A stretch of 64,000 bases of DNA from an uncultured Chloroflexota bacterium (lineage in GTDB: Bacteria; Chloroflexota; UBA11872; VXNJ01). The translations under genes and the position numbers were made by a program. Of this stretch, positions 29,988-39,618 are shown one piece after another. Position 1 is the first letter of the stretch, and every line of letters begins with the position of its first letter. The stretch lies in NCBI GenBank assembly GCA_964496475.1, contig CAZBZS010000009.1, positions 64 through 64,063 on the forward strand. Reading direction: 5' to 3'. The notes under the pieces are model-generated. The model was not told the DNA's origin. It ran no database searches and worked only from the letters and a program-made list of their open reading frames with translations.

Positions 29988-30677
29988 CTAATTGCGGGCG
30001 CCGCCATCCGTTCCATAATCGGGGCGCCGATTGGTGATGGGCCGGAGGGTGGCTTCGAGAAATGACTCGACCATGGCCGCCATGTACAGATCGAACATAT
30101 CGGTGACCCGTTCGAAGAGCCCCTGGCGAGAACTGGTATCACCAATTTCGTTGATGTGGGCTATGAGCGGACGTCTGAAGAGATTGAAGGCGGTGAAGAG
30201 TTCCTTGAGTGACATGCCCAGGGCGGCGGCCTGGGCGCCATACTCGGCGCCCTGCGATTCGAGGGAGCGTATCAACTCGTCACTCCCACTGCCTTCCTGA
30301 AGATAGGACTCGATGAGGCGGAGGGTCTCCCGGCCACGTTCCCGATAGCGATCGCGATCGGAGTCGTGCAGGAGGGCGAACCAGGGCTGCTTGCGGGCCT
30401 CGGAAACGGCTTCGCGACGGTCAGGGTCGGTGAGCTTGGCCAGGCCGGGCGGGCCGGAGTCTTCCTCTTCCCGGAGGCTGTGATCGGTGAACTCCAGGAG
30501 GGCGCCCACACGGTATCGGCGATGCCCCCCGGGGGTGACGAAGGCGGTCAGCCGGCCCTGGCCGGTCCAGCGACGGACGGTTGCCGGCCGCACGCCGAGG
30601 AGCCGACCGGCCTCACCGATCCCCACCCAGCGATCACGGGCATCTCCGGTTTTCAAATCTTTGCGCGACTGTGCCAT
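29988..30677 (-). CDS. MerR/excisionase-type HTH transcriptional regulator with C-terminal domain of unknown function
   Basis: The HTH segment is IGEAGRLLGVRPATVRRWTGQGRL. The track ORF extends to 30800, but the ATG at 30677 has a GGAG ribosome binding site and begins right before the HTH. Confidence 0.65.
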   Translation of the reverse strand: MAQSRKDLKTGDARDRWVGIGEAGRLLGVRPATVRRWTGQGRLTAFVTPGGHRRYRVGALLEFTDHSLREEEDSGPPGLAKLTDPDRREAVSEARKQPWFALLHDSDRDRYRERGRETLRLIESYLQEGSGSDELIRSLESQGAEYGAQAAALGMSLKELFTAFNLFRRPLIAHINEIGDTSSRQGLFERVTDMFDLYMAAMVESFLEATLRPITNRRPDYGTDGGARN

Positions 30678-30788
30678 TTTCAGGCTCCGATTTACCGTGT
30701 TTACCCGGCCCGAGCCATCAGTATCAGTTTGCCACCCATCACGCACCCGGACAACGTGGTTACGACCGTACGAAATACGGGACGTCAT

Positions 30789-30820
30789 TAGTAAGCACAA
30801 TTGTCATCTTTGTTACTTAC
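30789..30820. promoter_or_regulatory. near-palindromic inverted repeat, candidate operator upstream of MerR-like gene
   Basis: Sequence is TAGTAAGCACAA-ttgtcatc-TTTGTTACTTAC, two 11-12 bp arms matching 10/12. It is AT-rich in a GC-rich genome and lies about 110 nt upstream of the regulator start. Confidence 0.3.
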
Positions 30821-31284
30821 TTTTGCGTGCAAGCCGATCATTCTCTCGGTACTGGCTGGGGAGTACCCGGGAACGATCGGGCAGGCTCGGACTGCCGGTC
30901 ACGCCGACGGATGACGGCTCACATGCCTGGAATCAAACCGAACCAAATGAGAAAACTTGAAGCGGGACTGCGCGCAATCAGTTTCACTCTGCACCAGGCT
31001 CGCGCCTTGCTGATGCTAAGGCTGAAATTGGGCGAACGTCTCGCGCCGGCCTACATTCCTCGAACGGATCGTGCAGTACGCGGTCGGGTAGACAGCGAAT
31101 ACCGTTACTAGATTCGCGCCGCGGGGGAGGGTCCGCGGATATCATTACGCGGGGTCCGGTATCGGCGGGTAGTCGCGCAACCGTCTCGCAAGCGCTAGAG
31201 GGCGTATGCAGGTGCGGCGCGTGGGCTGGACGAGGGCCTCAAACCGATCCTGACATTCTGCATTCCGGGAAGAGCTTACCATCG

Positions 31285-32703
31285 ATGGCGCATTACGATC
31301 TGGCGGTGATCGGGGCGGGCTCGACCGGCTACCACGCCGCACGGGTGGCAAGCGCCCAGGGCAAATCGGTTGCGCTGATCGAAGGCGGGGAGCGGTTTGG
31401 GGGGCTGTGCATTTTACGCGGCTGTATGCCGACCAAGACGATGCTCCGATCTGGGGAAATAGCTCAGCTGGTTCGGGAAAGCTCGGAGATGGGCATCGAA
31501 ACGTCGGAGCCTCGCATCAACTGGCAGCGCATCGTGGAACGGACCACCGAGCTAGTTGAGGAATTCGCCGACTACCGGGAAGAGTCGGCGAATAACCTCA
31601 AGGGCGTGGAAATTATCCGCGACTGGGCGACTTTCGACTCGCCGGAATCAGTCCGGTTGAGCGGAGGCAGCCTGACCGCGGACCGCTTTGTGATATCGAC
31701 GGGATCGGCCCCACGGACCCCAAAATCCGACCCGTCCGGAAACGTCCCGGGGCTGGAAGAGACTGGGTATCTAACGAGTGACGATGTATTGGGAATAACC
31801 GAGTTGCCCGAGTCCATGCTGATCTTTGGTGGCGGGGCGGTGGCGATGGAATTTGCTCAGCTCTTTTGCAGGCTGGGAGTACGGGTGACGGTGATTCAAC
31901 GAAGCCCACTGGTGCTGAGCAAGATTGACACCGACATAGCGGCTGGGCTCATGCGCTACCTGGCGCGAGAGGGCGTCAACTTCGTGACCGATACCTGGGT
32001 TGACAAAGTTGAAATAAGGGACGGAATGAAAACCTGCACGGTGCAGACGGAGACGGGGACGGAGACGTACTCCGCCAACGAGATCCTGCTGGCAGTAGGG
32101 CGGCGACCGGCAGTAACAGGGCTGAACTGCGAGATCGCCGGAGTGGATTGCGACGATGGCTGGGTCGTAGTGGACGACCAGCTGCGCACTTCAAATCCGA
32201 ACGTCTTCGCCGGGGGCGACGTGGTTGGCGGACGGGCCATCGGATCCCACCAGCTGGTCCATGTGGCGGTCCGGCAGGGAGAAATAATCGGGCACAACGC
32301 CTTCAACAGTGACCAAGAGCAATTTGACCGCCATCTGGTGCCGGAGGCCGTCTTCACCGATCCGGCGATTGGCATAGTCGGCATGACCGGCGATCAGGTG
32401 GCGGAATCAGACCGACCCTGTCTCACGGCTATCGAGTCGTTCGAAGAACAGGGCAAAGCACTGACGATGGGCCAAGCGAAAGGTCTGGTGAAGATGATCG
32501 CGGACGCCAGGAGCGGGGAAATACTTGGGGTGCATATCCTGGGGCCCGAGGGTGCGGACTTGATTCACGAGGCGATTGTGTTGATGCATTTCCGTGCGAC
32601 GGTGCATGATGTGGCGGCGATCCCACACCTGCATCCCACGCTGGCGGAAATCATTGTGGAGCCGGCGGAGGCCATCATCGATCAGATGAATGGGGCGGCC
32701 TGA
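31285..32703 (+). CDS. FAD-dependent pyridine nucleotide-disulfide oxidoreductase (dihydrolipoyl dehydrogenase / mercuric reductase-like)
   Basis: The FAD-binding segment is YDLAVIGAGSTG, followed by the redox-active disulfide GGLCILRGCMPTK and a C-terminal dimerisation domain. Confidence 0.8.
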   Translation: MAHYDLAVIGAGSTGYHAARVASAQGKSVALIEGGERFGGLCILRGCMPTKTMLRSGEIAQLVRESSEMGIETSEPRINWQRIVERTTELVEEFADYREESANNLKGVEIIRDWATFDSPESVRLSGGSLTADRFVISTGSAPRTPKSDPSGNVPGLEETGYLTSDDVLGITELPESMLIFGGGAVAMEFAQLFCRLGVRVTVIQRSPLVLSKIDTDIAAGLMRYLAREGVNFVTDTWVDKVEIRDGMKTCTVQTETGTETYSANEILLAVGRRPAVTGLNCEIAGVDCDDGWVVVDDQLRTSNPNVFAGGDVVGGRAIGSHQLVHVAVRQGEIIGHNAFNSDQEQFDRHLVPEAVFTDPAIGIVGMTGDQVAESDRPCLTAIESFEEQGKALTMGQAKGLVKMIADARSGEILGVHILGPEGADLIHEAIVLMHFRATVHDVAAIPHLHPTLAEIIVEPAEAIIDQMNGAA

Positions 32704-32800
32704 CCGCAACGACATCGGCGCGCCTGCGGCGGCGTCCAATCCCTGACCAAGCTAAAATTAGGCGCCATCATGCCCCGCCAGCGGCGGTAATAACCGGCAA

Positions 32801-33757
32801 TTGTCGGGCCGCAAGCCCGGGCAGGAGCGAGGGATGCCTGAGTCGAAACCCGCCGATGGCCCAAACGCTCCGCCGAAGCGGGTCCGGCGGGACCTTCGGG
32901 AACGGATGGAGACGGCGATCATCTCCGAGTTCGAGTTGGTGGGGGGATACGCGCTGGGGATATTCCGGCTCGCGCGGCCCGACGGCGAACCTTTCTTCGA
33001 ATTCAAGGCTGGCCAGTACGCGCAGCTAGCGTTGTGGGACCAGCCGGAAGCCGATGTCCGCCCGCGGCAATACTCGATCGCTTCGTCGCCATACGATCGT
33101 GACCATCTGGAATTCTATATCCTGCTGGTGGAGGAGGGTGGGGCACTGGAGGATTCCGATGCGGGCGTATTTTCTGGAGCGCTCTGGGGGCATCGGGTAG
33201 GCGACGAAATGTTGTATATGCCAAGGCCGGCGGGGCACTTCGTGCTGGACCGTACGACCGGCCCGAACGTAGTCGCGGTGGCGACGGGTACGGGGTTGGC
33301 GCCGTTCGTTTCGATGGCGCGCCAGATGGAAACAGATGTTCAAAATGGAAAGAAGGTCGAACGGGGCCTGACCCTGGTTCACGGCGTCTCATACGTCAGC
33401 GATCTCGGGTATCGAGAATTCTTTGAGCGGCTCGGTTCCGATCCGCAGATCGACTTCACTTACATTCCCACGATCAGCAGGCCGCGTTGGAATCCGACCT
33501 GGAGCGGGGATCTCAGTTCGGGTCGGGCCAACGACATGATCCGGCTGGCGATGGGAGAGCCCGGGAGCGGTGCGGTGACGCCAGAGGCGCCCGAGGAGCT
33601 ACTGTCGATCCTTCGTGACAAACTGAATCCGGCGGACGCGGCCGTCTACGTTTGCGGGCACCCGGGAATGATTAACGATTGCAGCAAAGTGTTGGGCGCT
33701 CACGGCTTCAGAACCGAAGGCCGGGACTCGCAGGTCATCACCGAAGACTATTGGTAG
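32801..33757 (+). CDS. ferredoxin-NADP+ reductase-like oxidoreductase (FAD/NAD(P)-binding)
   Basis: RQYSIASSP (RxYS FAD motif), followed by a GTG-x-P NAD(P) motif. Confidence 0.75.
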   Translation: MSGRKPGQERGMPESKPADGPNAPPKRVRRDLRERMETAIISEFELVGGYALGIFRLARPDGEPFFEFKAGQYAQLALWDQPEADVRPRQYSIASSPYDRDHLEFYILLVEEGGALEDSDAGVFSGALWGHRVGDEMLYMPRPAGHFVLDRTTGPNVVAVATGTGLAPFVSMARQMETDVQNGKKVERGLTLVHGVSYVSDLGYREFFERLGSDPQIDFTYIPTISRPRWNPTWSGDLSSGRANDMIRLAMGEPGSGAVTPEAPEELLSILRDKLNPADAAVYVCGHPGMINDCSKVLGAHGFRTEGRDSQVITEDYW

Positions 33758-33823
33758 GATCAGCGCGACGGGCAGCATATCTTCGAAACCCGTTAATCGA
33801 CACACTAAACAGGAGAGCATCGC

Positions 33824-34507
33824 GTGTCTGAAAAGCTGAGTCCCGAACAACTTGAAGAGCTGCGCCGGGTGGACAGCCCGACGATCGCAAATGCCATAGA
33901 GACGTTTGAGGTGCGGGACAATTTTGACGGTTACTGCGGACCTGAGATCGAATGTATGTTTCCAGAAATGGATCCGGTGATTGGCTACGCGGTGACGGTC
34001 ACGATCGAGAACGTACCGCCGGGCGGGGACAACAATCGCGCTCGTCGTCTGGATTTCTTCCAGGCGCTGGAGGACAGTCCCAAGCCGGTAATCTGCGTTT
34101 TCAAGGACGTGTCCAAGAATCCGCGGCGGGCGTCCCAGTGGGGCGAGATGATGACGACGGCGGTGAAGTCGCTGGGAGCGGTCGGGGTGGTCACCGACGG
34201 GGTGATCCGCGACATCAACGAGATTCGTAAGATCGGCGGATTGCAGTACTTCGCCCAGGGAATTTGCGTTTCCCATGGTTCTCTGCGGGCGGTGGATGTC
34301 AACGTCCCGGTGGAGATTTCCGGTTGCAAGATTGAGCCTGGCGACCTGCTCCACGGCGACCTGAACGGCGTGCTCAAAATCCCTCATGAGATCGCTGATC
34401 GGGTGATTGAGGGCGTTCGCAAAGTGCGGGAGAGCGAGGGCGGGACGCTTAAGCGGCTGAAGCCGCAGATGACAGTTGCGGAACTTAAGGAAGCGTTCAA
34501 CTACTAG
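33824..34507 (+). CDS. RraA family protein (RNase E inhibitor / 4-hydroxy-4-methyl-2-oxoglutarate aldolase-like)
   Basis: Conserved RraA-type core …VVTDGVIRDINEIRKIGGLQYFAQG…. Confidence 0.75.
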   Translation: MSEKLSPEQLEELRRVDSPTIANAIETFEVRDNFDGYCGPEIECMFPEMDPVIGYAVTVTIENVPPGGDNNRARRLDFFQALEDSPKPVICVFKDVSKNPRRASQWGEMMTTAVKSLGAVGVVTDGVIRDINEIRKIGGLQYFAQGICVSHGSLRAVDVNVPVEISGCKIEPGDLLHGDLNGVLKIPHEIADRVIEGVRKVRESEGGTLKRLKPQMTVAELKEAFNY

Positions 34508-34554
34508 CCGGTCCTGCCGGCGAAGTTGGTGAAGCCGTCCGTGGCGAGGCCGCT

Positions 34555-35327
34555 TTGAGATTCCAGCTCAGCCGGGTGCGTGCGGGCCTGGCCGAGCCAT
34601 CCCGCTGGGATCTTCACTACGTGGAGCGCACGGGCTCGACGAATGACGACGCCAGGGCTGCGGCCAGTGAGGGCGCGGTGATGGAGCGGTGTTCCTGGCC
34701 GGATTTCAGACGGCCGGGCGCGGTGCCAGGGGACGGAGCTGGCAATCGCCGCCCGGGGGTTCGCTACTGATGTCGGTGGTGCTGCGCCCAGAGAAGGGGA
34801 CGCCGGTGACGCTGCTGACCAACCTGGGCGTACTGGCGCTGACGGAAGGTCTTAGGATCGCTACCGGACTCAACACTCAGATCAAATGGCCGAACGATGC
34901 GGTGATCCGTGACCTCAAAGTGGGTGGCATCCTAGTGGAGCTGGTAGCAGATGCGGTGATCGTGGGGATCGGCGCGAATTTGAATTTCCCGGCGACAGGA
35001 ATCCTAGAACCTGACTACCCGGCCACGACGGTGCAGGACGAACTTGGCCGGGCGTGCGATCGGGAGGCGGTAACCGTCGCAGTGCTGGACTCGCTGGGCG
35101 AGCTCTATGACGAACTACGGGCGGAGCCCGACGCATTGGACGATCGCTGGCGGGAACTTTCATCTGTCGTCAGCCGGCAGGTGATAGTGGAAACTGAATC
35201 GGAGACGCTGGCCGGGTTGGTAACCGGTTTTAGCGACGACGGCCGTCTGTTGTTACGAGAGGCCGACGGATCGGAGAGAGCGATTCTCGCCGGTCGAGTC
35301 CGGTTGCCCAGGCTAGGGGCAGATTAA
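34555..35327 (+). pseudogene. birA: biotin-[acetyl-CoA-carboxylase] ligase (group I BirA) interrupted by a +1 frameshift near 34689
   Basis: Frame A reads …HYVERTGSTNDDARAAASEGAVMER then stops at 34770. Frame B reads VFLAGFQTAGRGARGRSWQSPPGGSL… and continues to 35327. Joined, they give the canonical …EGAVMERVFLAGFQTAGRGRRGRxW… biotin-binding core. Confidence 0.65.
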
Positions 35328-35926
35328 CCGCCTGGAACTAAGTCCGACGGGCCCATCACGACACCAAGAACGCGGGCGTTGGCGGCACTCATCACGCCGG
35401 ACACTTCGGCGGCGAGGGAGCGATCGGTACTGCCGTGAGTTGCCACGAGCACGGTGCCGTCACAAAGTGGGGCGAGCGTGAGGGCGGAAGGAGAATCGGA
35501 GACGGGTCCGGCCAGAACGACGACCCAGGCACCCGATTCTCTCGCCTGAATAAGATAGTCGCCGGCGGCGGTAGAGGCGCTGAGATCGTCGGCGTCATCG
35601 GCGGCGGATCCGCCCACCACCAGCCCCAAACCCTCAACACCGCCAACTCCGCTGTGCGTGCTGGGTGAGGCGCCCGCGCGGAGCGCCTCGGCCAGACCCG
35701 GTTCGGCGGGGACGTCGAAGTGCTCGTGAAGACCGCCGCCGGTACCGGGTAGTTCGACAAGGACGGTCTCCCGCCCGGCGGCCGCCAGAGACTTCGCCAG
35801 CCCGATGGCGACGCTCACGCCGTCATCCTTCGCCGTGAAAGGCGCAACCAGGATGATGCGGGTGCGATTGGCGCCCAGTCGCCCGAAAATGCTAGCCCGC
35901 AGCGCCGGCGCGCCTTGCCCGTTCAT
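35324..35926 (-). CDS. BY-kinase/ParA-like P-loop domain protein with degenerate Walker motifs (probable pseudo-kinase)
   Basis: Domain architecture resembles the CpsD/Wzc C-terminal kinase. Walker A is replaced by APFTAKDDGVS, Walker A' and B are not conserved, and there is no Tyr-rich tail. The start at 35926 overlaps the upstream stop as ATGA. Confidence 0.55.
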   Translation of the reverse strand: MNGQGAPALRASIFGRLGANRTRIILVAPFTAKDDGVSVAIGLAKSLAAAGRETVLVELPGTGGGLHEHFDVPAEPGLAEALRAGASPSTHSGVGGVEGLGLVVGGSAADDADDLSASTAAGDYLIQARESGAWVVVLAGPVSDSPSALTLAPLCDGTVLVATHGSTDRSLAAEVSGVMSAANARVLGVVMGPSDLVPGG

Positions 35927-36540
35927 CCGCTCTGACCTCCGGCCGGCTCCTGGAGCCATTGGTAAGCAAGCCCGAGCGCGAGTCCGGCAAGCAGCCCGAG
36001 GATGAGGCCGGCCGGCAGGGCCAGCTCTAGGCGGGGAGTGATGGGCCTTTCCGGAATCCGAGCCGGCGCGATCTGGACGATTTCCAGATGGCCGCCGTCA
36101 AGATCGTCCATAGCGGCGGCAACGGCCACGCGGGCCAGCCCGTCGGCCACGGCCGCGGCCCGCCTGGCGTTCTCATCTTCGAACTCGATAATCAGGCGCA
36201 TTTCTTTCGGTAGGGCCCGAGCGCGGGTGCGATCGGCTATGGCCAGCGGTTCCAACCCACCGGCTTCCGCTTCGGTGAGGCGAGCGGCGAAAGTCTCAGA
36301 CTCGATCCAGGCGGCGGTATTGCCAGCCAGGCGATCGGCGGCTTCGGCCACGCCGAGATCGGCTTCAGTGGACCGCAAGGACACGCTGGTGACCGACCTG
36401 AATAGCGGCTCCTGCCACAACGAAACAACCAACGCGGCGACGAGGCCGGCCAACCCGGCCATTACCGATAGGAAGATCACGAACCGGTAATCCCGGCGTA
36501 GAACTTGTGCCCGCGTCAGCGTCGAAGTCGCACCTGCCAT
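35923..36540 (-). CDS. polysaccharide co-polymerase (Wzz/chain-length determinant)-like protein, 2 TM
   Basis: An N-terminal TM is followed by a periplasmic region and a C-terminal TM PAGLILGLLAGLALGLAY. It lies in an EPS gene context. Confidence 0.6.
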   Translation of the reverse strand: MAGATSTLTRAQVLRRDYRFVIFLSVMAGLAGLVAALVVSLWQEPLFRSVTSVSLRSTEADLGVAEAADRLAGNTAAWIESETFAARLTEAEAGGLEPLAIADRTRARALPKEMRLIIEFEDENARRAAAVADGLARVAVAAAMDDLDGGHLEIVQIAPARIPERPITPRLELALPAGLILGLLAGLALGLAYQWLQEPAGGQSG

Positions 36541-37256
36541 CAGTCAAACCGGGCCAGCACGGGCAAGTCCAAGATGTCCTCTACGTCTTCGGCATACAAC
36601 CGCCGCCGGCCAACGTCCCAGACCACTACCAACACGGCGGCGATCACGATCGCCGCGATTTCCCGGATGGCCACATCGAGAACAAGATCGCTGCTGCTGC
36701 CCGGAACGGGAGCCAGGTCGATCAGGGACAGGCTCGCGACCTCGTAGATAGTTGGATAGAGGACAGCGATCTCTTCGGCGAGCACATCAGCGGCGGCCTG
36801 AGCGAGGGCGACGGATCGCACGGCGTCAGGTGTGGTCATTCTCAGTTCGAGTCCGCGATGGGTGCGATCCGTGGCGAGGGCGGCGGCGACTTCTCCGGAA
36901 GTCATTTCGGAATCGTTGTCGCGTGAAAAGCGCGCCGCGACGAGGTCGGCGAATGCGGTTCCCCGCACGATGCGGCCCAGATCGTCGACGATGAAATCGC
37001 TGGCAGTGGCGCGACTGACTTCAACGTCGTACTGACCGTCGCCGGCCATGCGGGCGGCGACGAGAACTTCCACGCGGGCCGGTTGGGTTTCCGGCCGGGC
37101 GGCGTCGGCGATCAGCGAACCGATCAAGGTGGCGACGGCCACGAGAGCCAGAAATGCCCAGCCACGGCGGAAGACGTTGCCCAAGCGCTCAGCCGGCATC
37201 GGGGGCCGCCCGGCGAGCGATCCCGGCCAAATGTTCGGCGCGGGCCATTTCCACAA
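36540..37256 (-). CDS. polysaccharide co-polymerase (Wzz)-like protein, ending with BY-kinase linker-like motif
   Basis: A TM is followed by a periplasmic region and a second TM. The C-terminus YAEDVEDILDLPVLARF resembles the start of the Wzc kinase domain. The likely start is the Met at about 37199. Confidence 0.55.
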   Translation of the reverse strand: MWKWPAPNIWPGSLAGRPPMPAERLGNVFRRGWAFLALVAVATLIGSLIADAARPETQPARVEVLVAARMAGDGQYDVEVSRATASDFIVDDLGRIVRGTAFADLVAARFSRDNDSEMTSGEVAAALATDRTHRGLELRMTTPDAVRSVALAQAAADVLAEEIAVLYPTIYEVASLSLIDLAPVPGSSSDLVLDVAIREIAAIVIAAVLVVVWDVGRRRLYAEDVEDILDLPVLARFD

Positions 37257-38316
37257 AATGCTTCATTTCTCTCACAAATACCGTCTCGTCAAACCGCTGC
37301 GCATTCTGGATCATCCGATTGGCAGCATACCGGGAATCGTCGAAATCCTTCAGCAGTCGGGTCAAGGATTCGACGGTGGGCTCGGTGAAGAACTCGCCGG
37401 TTTCCCCGGAGATCACGGTGTCGAGAGCGCCGCCGCCGGCGAAGGCGATGACCGGCCGCCCGGCGGCCTGGGCCTCAACGGGAGTGATGCCGAAATCCTC
37501 TTCGCCCGGAAAGATCAACGCCCGGCAGCGGGAGAAGTGACGCCGGACGACATCATCGTCCTGCCGGCCAAGGAATTCCACGGTCGGCCCGGCCAGGGCC
37601 TCCAAGGCCTGGAGATCGCGCCCGGCGCCGATTACCTTCAGCCGTAGGCCCAGTTCCGTGCAAGCGCGCACGGCCAGATCGATGCGCTTGTAGGGCACCA
37701 GCCGCGAGACCACCAAGAAATAGTCTTCGACGGCGCTTGCCGGGGTGAATGCGGAGGTGGCGACGGGGGGGTAGATAACCTCCGACTCCCTTCGGTAAAA
37801 GCGCCTGATCCTGTTGGCCACCGCCCGCGAGATGGCGACGAAGAGATCCACGCGCCGGGACGTTCGCCGGTCCCACGCCCGCATGAGAGCGAGCAATGGT
37901 CGCATCGCGCTGCGAAGGGCCGGGGGCACATCCTCACGGGCGAGATATTCGTTGGGGCTCCAGACGAAGCGGGTAGGTGTCAGGCAGTAGCAGATGTGCA
38001 AGGTTTCGGGCGGTGTTCGCACGGACTTACAGAATGCGCTGGCGTTGCTGATGACCACGTCATAACCGTCAAGGCGGATGGCGTTGAACGCCAGTGGATA
38101 GACGGGCAGGTACCAGCGATGGTGGCGAATGACTCCGGGCAGGCCCTGTATGAAATTCGTTCTGATGTCCAGCTCGCCGAATCTAGCGTCGACCAACCCG
38201 GAGCCGTAGATCGACGTGTGGACAGGTGCGTCGGGATACATCGCCGAGAGTTGGAGGAGAACGTTTTCCGCGCCGCCCATCTGGTTGAGCCAGTCGTGCA
38301 CGAGGCCGATTTTCAT
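37189..38316 (-). CDS. glycosyltransferase family 4
   Basis: Begins MKIGLVHDWLNQMGGAENVLLQL, so the probable start is at 38316 although the ORF extends to 38364. The C-terminus is GT4-like and ends PVEAQAAGRPVIAF. Confidence 0.8.
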   Translation of the reverse strand: MKIGLVHDWLNQMGGAENVLLQLSAMYPDAPVHTSIYGSGLVDARFGELDIRTNFIQGLPGVIRHHRWYLPVYPLAFNAIRLDGYDVVISNASAFCKSVRTPPETLHICYCLTPTRFVWSPNEYLAREDVPPALRSAMRPLLALMRAWDRRTSRRVDLFVAISRAVANRIRRFYRRESEVIYPPVATSAFTPASAVEDYFLVVSRLVPYKRIDLAVRACTELGLRLKVIGAGRDLQALEALAGPTVEFLGRQDDDVVRRHFSRCRALIFPGEEDFGITPVEAQAAGRPVIAFAGGGALDTVISGETGEFFTEPTVESLTRLLKDFDDSRYAANRMIQNAQRFDETVFVREMKHFVEMARAEHLAGIARRAAPDAG

Positions 38317-38369
38317 CGAGCTAGCTGTACTTCCCACGAGCATTGTTGACAGGTGAGATCCCACTCTCC

Positions 38370-39600
38370 CGGGTTTGTGGTTGTAAAAACACTCCAGCCC
38401 GGAAGGGGACTCTCATGGAACATGCTAATACGCGACCGACCAGCCACAGCCACCGTCTGTCTCTTTTAACGGCGGACGCGAGTTACGGAACAGGCGTCAG
38501 CAGTTACGGAAATGAATTTCATAACTGCTGTAACACCAACGTTACCCACTAGCCACTAGAACGTTTTTTCCGGATTTCCGGTGGGGCTCGGGCAAGTCGG
38601 CTTTATAGGTTTGGGAGGGGGTGTACAGAAGAGTGAAGGTTGTGGGTTTTGTCCACAAGCGGCTGGAGGCTGGATTTGCTGAGGTCTGCTGGCCGGTCCG
38701 TCCCTGTGAATTGCGCTTGAAAGAGTGGCTTCTGTGGTGGAGGCGTATGGCGGCCGTCGGGTTGGCCGCTCACAGGTTTGGGTCCACTATCTTGTGGTGG
38801 GCTTGTGGAGGTTCGGGTGGCGTGGAAATTAGAGGTCCACAGGGAAGGATTCGCTGAAAACAGGATTGGGTCGTTTTTGTGGATGGCTTATGGAGAAGGG
38901 TATTTCATAGTGTATTGGTTATTTGTTGAGTGCCTTTTCAGTCTGTTGTTTTCCACGCCGTGGGCGCATCGCACCCAGCCAGATATTGGAATATGAGATT
39001 TATTTCCTATCAAGGATATTATTTTTCGGATTCGGATATCCATAGAAATTTCGTGTATTTCCAGGAAATTATAATGAGAGGGAGAGGAGAAATGAGCGGT
39101 TGGTGGGAGCAAAATGTAGGGTTGGGAATGGGAGGGGACGGGATTCCTTCAAAAAAGGACAGGGGATTGGGCGGGCGATGAGAAGCCGGCGGAAAAAGGC
39201 GGACTGGAGGTATGCGCTGGATGTTTGGAGCAGTGATTGAGAAGGGGTATGGAAACTCATCGGTCTGGGAGCGCGGGGCGTCGGGCCCGGAGATTCGGGC
39301 AGCTGACAACCGCTGGCGCGGGGAGATACAGACTCAATAATCAGGTTGACGGTAGGGGCGATCCGGGTCTTTTCTTGTGCCCCCATGCTCTTAGGTCGAT
39401 GGTCGGCCTGGCCGTTCTCCGCCACTGCGACAAGCTCGGACGCGATCGGGCAGGTGAAGCGAATCAGCTTCCGCTGCTGGCGGTGCTTCCCTGCCGGTTC
39501 AAGTCCTGCGATCTACGCAGACCCCACACCACCCTCGACGGCTCCCCGCCAACGATCGTTCTTGTAAAACAAGGTTGGTAGGAACTACAGCCAGCGTGCG
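38370..39600. other. 1.25-kb AT-rich, cytosine-depleted non-coding island inside the EPS locus
   Basis: No credible ORF is present. Plus-strand composition is G+T then G+A rich with very few C for about 700 nt. Repeated TTGTGG(T)GG motifs and G-quadruplex-type runs such as GGGTTGGGAATGGGAGGGGACGGG (39119..39142) occur. Confidence 0.6.
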
Positions 39601-39618
39601 GCGCGGTAGCGGCTCCAG

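Noticed and set aside
29846-30800. 99-aa minus ORF and the N-terminal extension of the MerR-like ORF
   Set aside because: The HTH begins right after the ATG at 30677, which has a ribosome binding site. The upstream frame has no support.
38620-38830. Repeated TTGTGG(T)GG elements as a CRISPR-like array
   Set aside because: The repeats are short, irregularly spaced and imperfect, and no cas genes are present.
38930-39181. Gly-rich small ORFs (e.g. MSGWWEQNVGLGMGGDGIPSKKDRGLGGR) in the C-depleted island
   Set aside because: Their composition is driven by the G-rich strand bias, and there is no convincing ribosome binding site or start context beyond chance. The region is treated as non-coding.
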